A DNA stretch of 64,000 nt, from positions 224,001 to 288,000 of the forward strand of contig JAOPTW010000013.1 of assembly GCA_051532035.1 (NCBI GenBank), read 5' to 3'. Positions 10,435-18,886 of the stretch are shown here, piece by piece. Each line of letters opens with the position of its first letter. Within the stretch, counting starts at the first letter, position 1. Made by a program: the position numbers and the translations under genes. Under the pieces are notes generated by a model that worked only from the letters and a program-made list of their open reading frames with translations, did not search any database and was not told the DNA's origin. This DNA is from Fibrobacterales bacterium (GTDB lineage Bacteria; Fibrobacterota; Fibrobacteria; Fibrobacterales; JAOPTW01).

Positions 10435-10725
10435 TTAAGTACGGCGCATCATTTTAGCATGATGTCTATTTAAAATATACATGCCAGACAATAGTCCAAT
10501 CAATTTCATAAGGCTTACCGAACTCCGTTGTACCAATGTTTCATGAAGAATTAACACAACAGGAATTACCAAAAATATTGAAATCATTAATACTGCATTA
10601 TTAATAGCCTTTCTTTCATCGAATACTCGGTTGCGGAATATATACAGAAGTAGTTTACTGATATAGTATGCAAAGAAAGGTAGCGATGAATAGGCCAGTA
10701 TAGTTCCTAAGCCTCTAAGTATCAT
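10435..10725 (-). CDS. Small hypothetical membrane protein (about 3 TM)
   Basis: GAGGTG upstream, three hydrophobic segments. Confidence 0.55.
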   Translation of the reverse strand: MILRGLGTILAYSSLPFFAYYISKLLLYIFRNRVFDERKAINNAVLMISIFLVIPVVLILHETLVQRSSVSLMKLIGLLSGMYILNRHHAKMMRRT

Positions 10726-10902
10726 TGAAATCAGGATTCACCTCAACTGAGTAAAAGTTCATAATAAATACCAAGATGCAAAAAAACCTGGGAATAGGTA
10801 ATGTAATATATTGGTTATTGGATCTCATCAAAACAACTTCAAAGACAGAATCTGTCACACCTACTGTAGTACCTTTACCCTTTTAACTATTATAGTGAAT
10901 CT

Positions 10903-11874
10903 ATGACAAACGAAAACATACACGATCAAGCATTCAAAGAACTCATCCAAGAATGCTTTAAGGAATTCATGGAACTCTTCTGGCCCGAAGAATCTAAACA
11001 AATAGACTTTAGAACTGTTCATTTTTTACAACAAGAGATGAGTACCGACCATGGCCCAGGCAAAGGCAATGAACGAAAAATGGATGTCGTCGCTGAGGTT
11101 AGTATAAAGGGTGAGCTCCGCCATATCCTTATCCATATTGAACATCAAAACAGACGAGAGAACGCCTTCCCCAAACGAATGTTTAATTATTACTGCCAGC
11201 TGTGGCTGAGACATCAAAAACCCATCTTCCCTATTGCTCTCTTTAGCGATGACCACTTCTGGAGAAAGCCCATAGATGACTTCTTTGAAATTGAGGCGCT
11301 AGGACGTAAAACAATCCTCTTTAACTATGAACTTATTAAACTAAAGAACCTAAATTGGCGTGACTTTATAGATTCTAACAACCCTATAGTAGCAGCTCTC
11401 ATGACCAAAATGGGCTATAAAACAGAGGAAATCCCTCGAATTAAAGCTCAAATAGCACGCATCCTAACCGGTAGAGAAGTTAGATTCCACAAATTAGGCT
11501 ACCTCGCAGATTTTGCCGAGTTCTACATGCCATTAAAAGAGAAAAAATATATACTTGAATATAAGGCCGAGCTCGAAAAACTCGGTATAAAAAAGGATAT
11601 TACAGAAATGCTCATACTCAGCAAACCATTCAAAGAAAAATTTGAAGCCGCTAAGAAAGAAGGTCTTAAAAAAGGTTTAAAGCAAGGAATTGAGCAAGGA
11701 ATTGAGCAAGGTATTGAACAAGGTATTGAACAAGGTATTGAACAAGGTACTGCTATAGATCAAATAAAAGTAGTACAAAAGCTTTTAGATAAAAAGTATG
11801 ACTGGAAATTCATTACTGAAATTACCGGCCTTTCCCGTCAAAAATTCCAGAGTCTTAAGAAAAAATATTCTTAG
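10903..11874 (+). CDS. Rpn/YhgA-like PD-(D/E)XK recombination-promoting nuclease
   Basis: HDQAFKEL, MDVVAEV, HIEHQ, FPKRMFNY, NNPIVAAL, C-terminal GIEQ repeats and ITGLS helix-turn-helix tail. Confidence 0.9.
   Translation: MTNENIHDQAFKELIQECFKEFMELFWPEESKQIDFRTVHFLQQEMSTDHGPGKGNERKMDVVAEVSIKGELRHILIHIEHQNRRENAFPKRMFNYYCQLWLRHQKPIFPIALFSDDHFWRKPIDDFFEIEALGRKTILFNYELIKLKNLNWRDFIDSNNPIVAALMTKMGYKTEEIPRIKAQIARILTGREVRFHKLGYLADFAEFYMPLKEKKYILEYKAELEKLGIKKDITEMLILSKPFKEKFEAAKKEGLKKGLKQGIEQGIEQGIEQGIEQGIEQGTAIDQIKVVQKLLDKKYDWKFITEITGLSRQKFQSLKKKYS
11683..11748 (+). repeat. 12-bp tandem repeat, 5.5 copies, encoding QGIE
   Basis: CAAGG(A/T)ATTGA(G/A) repeated inside the Rpn 3' end. Confidence 0.95.
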
Positions 11875-11951
11875 GGACTTCCCTATTCTAAACAACCTCA
11901 TAAACCTACTAAGAGACTCGGCTAAAGATTACGTCACTGTAAGAAGCCTCA

Positions 11952-12515
11952 TTAAGCACTCTCGTTACGCTTATAGATCCTGTATTCATGGGTAAAGAAA
12001 ATATTTGCTGAAATAAATATTGTAAACAATAACATCGAGGGAAAAAACAGAGAAGCTGAATTAATTAAAAATTGCTCATATAACGGAAATCCAATAATTA
12101 ACAGTAAATTGTTAACTATTGCAAATACACTGATTATAAGTGAAGTCATCGTTGTTACAAATACCAAAAGCCTCACATGGGGGTAAACATGTTTCGGGAA
12201 TCTGAAAAATCGTTTTGACCATGGATCGAGCTTATCGAAAAAATAGTAGTAGATATAGTCAGAGTATTTCAAATCATTCTTAGTAACAGGCCATGGGTTG
12301 CCCCAAATATAGAATGCCCAGCAAATCGCTATCATTATTGTAATAATTATTTGAAAAATTAAGAAGCCATACCAGCTGAGGTTTCCAAGGCTCACTAATG
12401 GATTTAATTCATTACTTAATGTTGGTGTATATATGTACGTTATACTCAGATCAGCGAGCCGTAATAGTATTACAGCGACAATAGTACTGATGAATTGAAA
12501 ATATTTTGAAGACAT
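11952..12515 (-). CDS. Hypothetical membrane protein (DUF5658-like D-x3-T...E-x-NP motif)
   Basis: Four hydrophobic helices; ADLSITY...NELNPLV. Confidence 0.65.
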   Translation of the reverse strand: MSSKYFQFISTIVAVILLRLADLSITYIYTPTLSNELNPLVSLGNLSWYGFLIFQIIITIMIAICWAFYIWGNPWPVTKNDLKYSDYIYYYFFDKLDPWSKRFFRFPKHVYPHVRLLVFVTTMTSLIISVFAIVNNLLLIIGFPLYEQFLINSASLFFPSMLLFTIFISANIFFTHEYRIYKRNESA

Positions 12516-12581
12516 AAGTCCCTGTTTAAGTGAGGAGATTTTTCTTCTTATTCCGAAGTTAACGGCTGAGTTAATAGCTTT

Positions 12582-12785
12582 TTATGGCTCTTGTATTTCA
12601 ATACAGTCATTAATGGTGCACAGGACAAGTCTGCCATCATCACACTTACAGTTGTTGCAGCCATCGTTTACTGCGTCTCCATCAGAATATGTCTTTCCGT
12701 TTACTTTACAATCATCTGTAAAGACAGAGCAGGAAGATATTAGGATTACAAATATTAATAAAAATAGTTGATAGGTATATTTCAT
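12582..12785 (-). CDS. Small Cys-rich lipoprotein with pacifastin/VWC-like motif
   Basis: Start MKYTYQ with GGAG RBS, lipobox ISSC, C-x16-CNNCKC-DD-G-RLVL-CTINDC. Confidence 0.7.
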   Translation of the reverse strand: MKYTYQLFLLIFVILISSCSVFTDDCKVNGKTYSDGDAVNDGCNNCKCDDGRLVLCTINDCIEIQEP

Positions 12786-12981
12786 AGTGCGCGACTCCAA
12801 GAGGCCAAAATCTAATATTACAAAAGGTTGATTTATCACATATAATCTAGCTAATTCCCTCTAAAGCGGTACCCCCTCCTGAGTAGAGGCTACTGATACA
12901 GGGAGCGGTACGTGATTCAGGAGAGTGAGTAACCAAGTGTTAACCGGCATCCAATCGAACAGTGTTGTTTCACTGTGCCAA

Positions 12982-14754
12982 TTACAGAGACATTTTGAAT
13001 TCCAGAATTAATTCCTTGGCCTGTCTAGATCCAAAACTGCCCGGGTTGTTTTCGATGTACCCGTCGAGCAGTTCTATCGCTTTATTCTTTTTGCCGAGTT
13101 TCTCCATCGAAGAGGCGATTTCTTTATAGAAGGGAAAGTACCCTGGAGAGAGCTTCTTTCCTTTTTGGTAAAGCGCTATGGACTTCTGGTAGTCTTTTTC
13201 CTGAAAATGATAAAAGGTTCCCAGATAGAGGTACCCATCTCTGTCATCCGGATACAGTTCGATTATCATCTGGTATTTTAACTTCGTCCTTTTCAGGTTC
13301 CCTTTGGCCCAGGCTATGTTACCTTGATAAATGAGCGCTTCCTTGCTGTACCCGGTTATTTTGTTTTCAAAACTGAGAGTCTTTTTCAAATATTTGTCCT
13401 GTCTAGCCTCATCCCCATTAAAATAGCTGGCGCACATAATTCCTGAATAGGCCATAGCAAAACTCGTATCCAAAGCAATCGCTTCTTCATAATTCTGAAT
13501 CGCCAAATCAAACTCACCAGTCATGATGTAATTATGCCCCTGTAAGAACTTCCCGTAGGCCTCTATGTTATTGGTGGTTAAGTCACCAAAACTGAAATTC
13601 TTTTCTTCGGGTAGCTTTATATTGTAAGACTTGGATATCACCGTGTAAAAATCGGACGTCAGTGCTTGAACACCTTCTTTAAGTATCGATTCTATGGAAG
13701 AGCTAGAATAGCTGAATGTTTTGAGCAATTTTTGTTCACGAATGTCATAGAGAATTATATTGACCTTGTAGGAATCCATTAACTTGGTAATATCCCCCGT
13801 TATAACCAGTACACCTCCCAGAGATTTTGCCACTTTGTTGAGCAACATATAATCCTGAGTTAAATTTTTATTCCGTACACCTGTTTTTTCCAGTTCATCT
13901 GCCACTCTAACCGGACTTATTAAATGAACTTTAGGCCAATTGTAAAATTTTTCTGTAATTGAGTTGGCAATCATATCGCCAATGGGAGCTTTAATTGTTG
14001 TGTCCCCAAGGCTATTGGACACACTTAAAATTACCAGACCAGGCCGCTTTACTTTATTTGATGCGGTACTGCCTGAATTGAAAACACCGCTCTCCCCTCC
14101 CGAAACGATTATAAAAGCAGCCAGTAGTACACTCAAAAGAATCAACACCCCTGCAATAACCGGAACCGAGTTCCCTTTTTTATTAGAGACTTCTTTTTTC
14201 TCAGGTGTTTCTTTAGACGGATGCTTAATTTTCACGGAAGGGTCCCAGAGCACATTGAACACTTCTATTGGGTAACTGATGTTTTTTAAATCTTGAATAC
14301 CCACACTTTGAAATTCAAATTCACTGTTACTCTGGACAATATTGTACACCTGTTCCGACACAAAAATGTGGCCGGGTAGTGCTTTGGATTCAAGCCTTTG
14401 GGCTATATTTACTCCATCGCCAAAATAATCTTTATCCTTTTCAATAACATCACCAAGATGTATCCCTATTCTCATTTCAATTTTTGTACCAGCATTAGGC
14501 GTACTATTTCTTTTTTTGAACGTAGACTGGGCTACCGCCGCGCATTGAATGGCATCAGTAACACTTTCAAATTCAACCATGTATGCATCACCAATAGTCT
14601 TAATCACTATCCCTTGATTTTCATGTATGGTTAAGTTCATTATGGAGTTGTGTTCCTGGAGCAGATTCAATGCCAAGTTTTCATCCGTATTCATCAACCG
14701 GCTGTAACCGACAATATCGGTAAACATGATAATTTTTAGATGCTTTTTATTCAT
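12982..14754 (-). CDS. Class III adenylate cyclase with a TM helix and extracytoplasmic TolB_N-like/TPR region
   Basis: FTDIVGYS, VIKTIGDAYM, RIGIHLGD, DYFGDGVNIAQRLE; Lys/Asp pair suggests ATP specificity; TM helix then TPR helices. Confidence 0.88.
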   Translation of the reverse strand: MNKKHLKIIMFTDIVGYSRLMNTDENLALNLLQEHNSIMNLTIHENQGIVIKTIGDAYMVEFESVTDAIQCAAVAQSTFKKRNSTPNAGTKIEMRIGIHLGDVIEKDKDYFGDGVNIAQRLESKALPGHIFVSEQVYNIVQSNSEFEFQSVGIQDLKNISYPIEVFNVLWDPSVKIKHPSKETPEKKEVSNKKGNSVPVIAGVLILLSVLLAAFIIVSGGESGVFNSGSTASNKVKRPGLVILSVSNSLGDTTIKAPIGDMIANSITEKFYNWPKVHLISPVRVADELEKTGVRNKNLTQDYMLLNKVAKSLGGVLVITGDITKLMDSYKVNIILYDIREQKLLKTFSYSSSSIESILKEGVQALTSDFYTVISKSYNIKLPEEKNFSFGDLTTNNIEAYGKFLQGHNYIMTGEFDLAIQNYEEAIALDTSFAMAYSGIMCASYFNGDEARQDKYLKKTLSFENKITGYSKEALIYQGNIAWAKGNLKRTKLKYQMIIELYPDDRDGYLYLGTFYHFQEKDYQKSIALYQKGKKLSPGYFPFYKEIASSMEKLGKKNKAIELLDGYIENNPGSFGSRQAKELILEFKMSL

Positions 14755-14937
14755 TAGTTATAGCGGCTCCAATAGTCAGGTCAGATGTCTCCTATCTTAC
14801 TATTCTAGAGCTCATAATGCAATGTATTCATTTTGGGAACGCATCAAAAACCCTCTTTTCAGGCCATAATAAGCCTTATTTTCGGTATTTCGAGGGTATC
14901 TTGTATCGCTGCAGTATTACTTAAGAGGGGTTTTGTA

Positions 14938-15132
14938 TCAATCTTCCCATGTGTCATTAGTATCTTTTTTGATTATATCTAGTCGGGTCAATGCTTCAGT
15001 AAAAAGTTCATTTTTTTTATGCCGTATAACATCTGAATCTATTTTATTTATGGTAATATTTCCATTCTCGAAAGCATTTAATATGTCTAAACTTGCTTTG
15101 ATGTCGGCTAGTGTATATTCTCTCATATTCAT
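14938..15132 (-). CDS. Small hypothetical protein
   Basis: 64 aa ORF with protein-like composition, co-oriented with neighbours. Confidence 0.4.
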   Translation of the reverse strand: MNMREYTLADIKASLDILNAFENGNITINKIDSDVIRHKKNELFTEALTRLDIIKKDTNDTWED

Positions 15133-15258
15133 TATAGCAACCTAGTTCAGTAAAACGATTCACCTCAGTGTATCATAACTTATCAATAAGGTCTATGAGA
15201 AAGGATGGTACGTCAGTTTAATTCAAGGCGACTGCGGGGATAATAAAACATAATCAGA

Positions 15259-16104
15259 CTATACTGAGTGGATCATTGTAATAGTCTTATCCAGAAATGC
15301 AAGTGTGCCGCCCTTTTCACGAGGCATTCGTGCCTGTATGGGGATCTTATTAGAAGCGTGATTAACAGAAAAAACACCCTTACTCATACTGGTATTAACC
15401 AGTAACTCTCGCAGCTCTTTCAATTCTTGAAGGTACTCTATCTTTTCGAACTCTCCATTTTTCCATTGAGCATAGAGTGGGGTGTTGGGGGTGATCATCA
15501 AACTGAGTACTCCAACATAATTGGGGTCAATCTGCGAAATAACAATCCCCGTCTCTTTCGCGTGCACCATAGAATCTCTAGCCCCACCTAATCCAAGTAA
15601 TACCGTCAATGAGAGTTTAATGCCTGCATCTTTTATCTTACGGCCTTGCTGTACAATATAGCTCGGGTCAGACTGTTTACCATGAAAAGCTAACGTTGGA
15701 GCATGTCCCGATTCCAACCCCATATGCAACATTTTTAAGTTGAGATTTCGCAACTCTTTTAAATCTTCTACCGTTTTATTTTGAAGATTTTTTTCATAGA
15801 CATATGCAGAAATTACTTGAACCCAGGGAAGAGTTTCAGCGATCAGTGTAAGAAGTCGAACTAATTTCTTTTGAGATAATACCATTGCATCACCGTCACA
15901 TAAAAACAGGCGTGATACATTTTGATAATGGATTGCCGCATAGTCTAAGTCAGCGGTAATCTGTTCCCAAGACTTTACTCTAAATTCCTTATCGCGATAC
16001 ATCTCACAAAAGCCGCATTTGTTATGGGAGCACCCAACAGTAATCTGTAATAGTATTGAGTTCCGCTCACTGGGAGGGCGATATATTTGTCCGACATAGT
16101 CCAT
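15259..16104 (-). CDS. Radical SAM protein
   Basis: CSHNKCGFC (CxxxCxxC), IYRPPSE, GDAM, GLESG, VLLGLGG, NHASN. Confidence 0.9.
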   Translation of the reverse strand: MDYVGQIYRPPSERNSILLQITVGCSHNKCGFCEMYRDKEFRVKSWEQITADLDYAAIHYQNVSRLFLCDGDAMVLSQKKLVRLLTLIAETLPWVQVISAYVYEKNLQNKTVEDLKELRNLNLKMLHMGLESGHAPTLAFHGKQSDPSYIVQQGRKIKDAGIKLSLTVLLGLGGARDSMVHAKETGIVISQIDPNYVGVLSLMITPNTPLYAQWKNGEFEKIEYLQELKELRELLVNTSMSKGVFSVNHASNKIPIQARMPREKGGTLAFLDKTITMIHSV

Positions 16105-16231
16105 GACGTAAATATACTTTTCCCTGAGGGGATTTCAACGCACAGCACTAGATTCTACCGAACAATAACCCCTTGAATACCAATAACCGCCCTATGCCTA
16201 TTACACAAGTAAAGGCAGTAACCCTCCCCCA

Positions 16232-17095
16232 CTACAGTGAAAAGTGGTAACTGAAATCCAGCCAAGGGATCGGAATATCCCAATCCTTACTAAAGGCCAA
16301 TCCTGCATCAACAGCGAGTTTTGCACCCATTATTCTGAGTGCTAGGGTGTTAATCATTATACTCGTGTTAGACTCTTCTCTAAACAGCAAAAAAACATTT
16401 TCTGATACCACTGCAAACTGAGGGTTTAATCGATATAGTCCTGATAGAGATATAAAACCAAGATCTCCCATATAGAACCCTTCGGTTGTGAATGGGAGTG
16501 ATACATTAAGCGTAGCATGCATATCCTCTCGCCCATAGGTAGTGGTTAAAAAGGGCACCGAAACGCAGGCGCTCTCATTCTCAAAATCAGCACACCACAA
16601 TTGGTAGCCAGCAGCACAATGTACCTGCTCGTAGGGGCTATACCCAATTTTAATGCCACCGATCCCATTGGCCGCTTCAAAAAAAAGAAACGGTATCATA
16701 GACCCGAGCTGTAGATTAATATGCTCATTAATACCGTATCCGACGGCAGTAAACATAACCTCTTTTTGAGAAACCGTAACCTCACCCCTATGTAACATAA
16801 ATCCTGACGGTGAATAGAGATACCGCGTTCTATTAGGGTCTCTATAGCCAACGTCACCTTCACTATTTTTGTAGCCTTCGGCATAGTGAATCACCGTATC
16901 AACAGATGATACTTCTGCTACAATGCGTGAGGAATCCAAAAGGAGAATAACATACGATACATCGGTGGTATCTTCGATATACCCTATAAGTTCCTGGCCA
17001 TCAGTAAAGATAAATCGGGAGAATTCCTGGGACCCGCTACTCGCATACACTATACATGCACTCGTAATACCCATTATTGTTGAGAATAATTTCAT
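16232..17095 (-). CDS. Exported hypothetical protein, probable outer-membrane beta-barrel
   Basis: Signal peptide, amphipathic beta pattern, aromatic C-terminus (PWLDFSYHFSL). Confidence 0.65.
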   Translation of the reverse strand: MKLFSTIMGITSACIVYASSGSQEFSRFIFTDGQELIGYIEDTTDVSYVILLLDSSRIVAEVSSVDTVIHYAEGYKNSEGDVGYRDPNRTRYLYSPSGFMLHRGEVTVSQKEVMFTAVGYGINEHINLQLGSMIPFLFFEAANGIGGIKIGYSPYEQVHCAAGYQLWCADFENESACVSVPFLTTTYGREDMHATLNVSLPFTTEGFYMGDLGFISLSGLYRLNPQFAVVSENVFLLFREESNTSIMINTLALRIMGAKLAVDAGLAFSKDWDIPIPWLDFSYHFSL

Positions 17096-17294
17096 AGCAT
17101 TCTCCCGCTCTCTTTAGTATACCATTATTTTACCAAATACGCGAAGAGCTCAGTTGGTATCCCCTAGAGAACGATTTCCAAAGAATGTGAATAAAAAACC
17201 ACATTTGATTCACAATTCGTTCACATTTGGTTTTTATACTTGTTAAAGAAGCAAATAGCCCCACACAGATGTGTTAAGTGAAATAAGGAATTGT

Positions 17295-18866
17295 ATGAGT
17301 CAATATAGCGATAGCCCAAGCAAAAGTCTTGACCACTCTATCTTCAACGATGACTATTTTAAAGGCCACGCTTCTGGAGGCGGTGGAATGCCTCACAATA
17401 CATCAGGAAATTCATCTGCTCAAAATAGTTCTCCATCTTCTACCACATCAAACTCAACACCACAAGAAGAAGAGGAAGAAAAAAAGAGCAACACTCAGAA
17501 TCAGGAACTGATTGAAGAGCAGGAAGAGCCGCAGGAACCGTTAGTTAAACTCTCTAATATACAGTTCCTCACTCCTGAATCGGTTATCATAGACGAAAAA
17601 ACCGAAGTACAGGTAGACGTAACCTTTTTGACTGAGGCGAAGCCTCGAGAGATTGTTTTCAAGATTAATGCGCTCTTTGATGGAAAGATCGAGAGCGGTC
17701 AGCAAGTATCCGGAACCATCAGAAACTCTATTGCACGGGCCACTATGCCAGTACACCTTCATCATGGATACTATTTCAAAGAAAATAAGGCTCTTGATGA
17801 GAAAGTAACCTATACTGTGGCAGCTGTGTGCCCAAGAGACAATACTGAAATTGAAAGTGAGACACTTGAACTTCCCACAATGAGTCAATGCCTCTCACTT
17901 GTCGAAGTGAACAGTGCAGTATTCAACCAGGACGGAATCCTCCCCCGTCTTGATGAAAATAACCATATAATCAAAGCATTGTGTGCGTCATTTCGCTATA
18001 TGAAAGAATGGCCGGATAAAGAAATAACCATTTACGGACATGCCGATACGACCGGTTCTGCCGATTCCGACTTTGAAGTGTCACTGGACAGAGCTCAGGC
18101 TGTAAAGGCACTACTCGCAGGTGATTCCGCACTCTGGAAGTCCGTAGCAAAAAAAATCGGAACTGTCCTTGATTATCAGCGTTATTTAAAGTCCCTTGCC
18201 CTCGCCTACGGATGGGACACTGATCCTGGTTCTGTTGACGGCACACACTCTGAGCAAACGGCCGGTGCATTACAGCAATTTCAAGCCGAGTATAACCAAA
18301 AATATGAAAAGTCAATAGAAATAGACGGTTTAATAGGGCCTGACACCTGGGAAGCATTTTTTGAAATAGTACGCGACAAAGCACTTGTTGGTGCAGATGT
18401 TGCTTCCAAAAGTCTTAATCCAATATTTAATAAAGAACACGACGGCCTGTTCCCCTGCGGATCGCTCTGCCCCAAAAGCAGTACCAGCTTTGACGGATTA
18501 CACTCCGAAACTGACTGCAGAGTAGAGATACAGTTTCATGACAGGCCAACTCCACCGCAACTCCCTAAAGCTTCAGCTCAAATGGAGACTTCAGAAATCA
18601 CCCCCTATGATGCGTTGATTACTACCATGGAAATCATCCCTCTCGATTCTGCTATTCTAGAAGATTGGGCAATAGAGGAACTCAATGATGATGACGATGA
18701 AGCAGACTATGAGGCGGTTGAAACTGAAGAAACTACCCATTGGATTGCAGAAGTTGATGATGATGACGACGATGATAGTGAAATAGAACACAAAGCCCCT
18801 GTAAGTGAACAGCAAGAAAAGTGGCATGCTGTTGCAGACGACGATGATGATGACGAAGAAATTTAA
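17295..18866 (+). CDS. Protein with OmpA-like domain interrupted by a peptidoglycan-binding domain, plus acidic tail; no signal peptide
   Basis: IYGHADTTGS...SLDRAQAV and CRVEIQF (OmpA_C); YQRYL...DPGSVDG...ALQQFQ...IDGLIGPDTW (PG_binding_1). ATG 17295 has an AAGGA RBS. Confidence 0.75.
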   Translation: MSQYSDSPSKSLDHSIFNDDYFKGHASGGGGMPHNTSGNSSAQNSSPSSTTSNSTPQEEEEEKKSNTQNQELIEEQEEPQEPLVKLSNIQFLTPESVIIDEKTEVQVDVTFLTEAKPREIVFKINALFDGKIESGQQVSGTIRNSIARATMPVHLHHGYYFKENKALDEKVTYTVAAVCPRDNTEIESETLELPTMSQCLSLVEVNSAVFNQDGILPRLDENNHIIKALCASFRYMKEWPDKEITIYGHADTTGSADSDFEVSLDRAQAVKALLAGDSALWKSVAKKIGTVLDYQRYLKSLALAYGWDTDPGSVDGTHSEQTAGALQQFQAEYNQKYEKSIEIDGLIGPDTWEAFFEIVRDKALVGADVASKSLNPIFNKEHDGLFPCGSLCPKSSTSFDGLHSETDCRVEIQFHDRPTPPQLPKASAQMETSEITPYDALITTMEIIPLDSAILEDWAIEELNDDDDEADYEAVETEETTHWIAEVDDDDDDDSEIEHKAPVSEQQEKWHAVADDDDDDEEI

Positions 18867-18886
18867 AAACCAAAGGAACCGAAAGT

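Noticed and set aside
11683..11748. CRISPR-like array
   Set aside because: 12-bp tandem coding repeat with no spacers; no cas genes.
10903..11874. Insertion sequence
   Set aside because: Rpn-family proteins are often labelled transposases, but no terminal inverted repeats or target duplication are evident.
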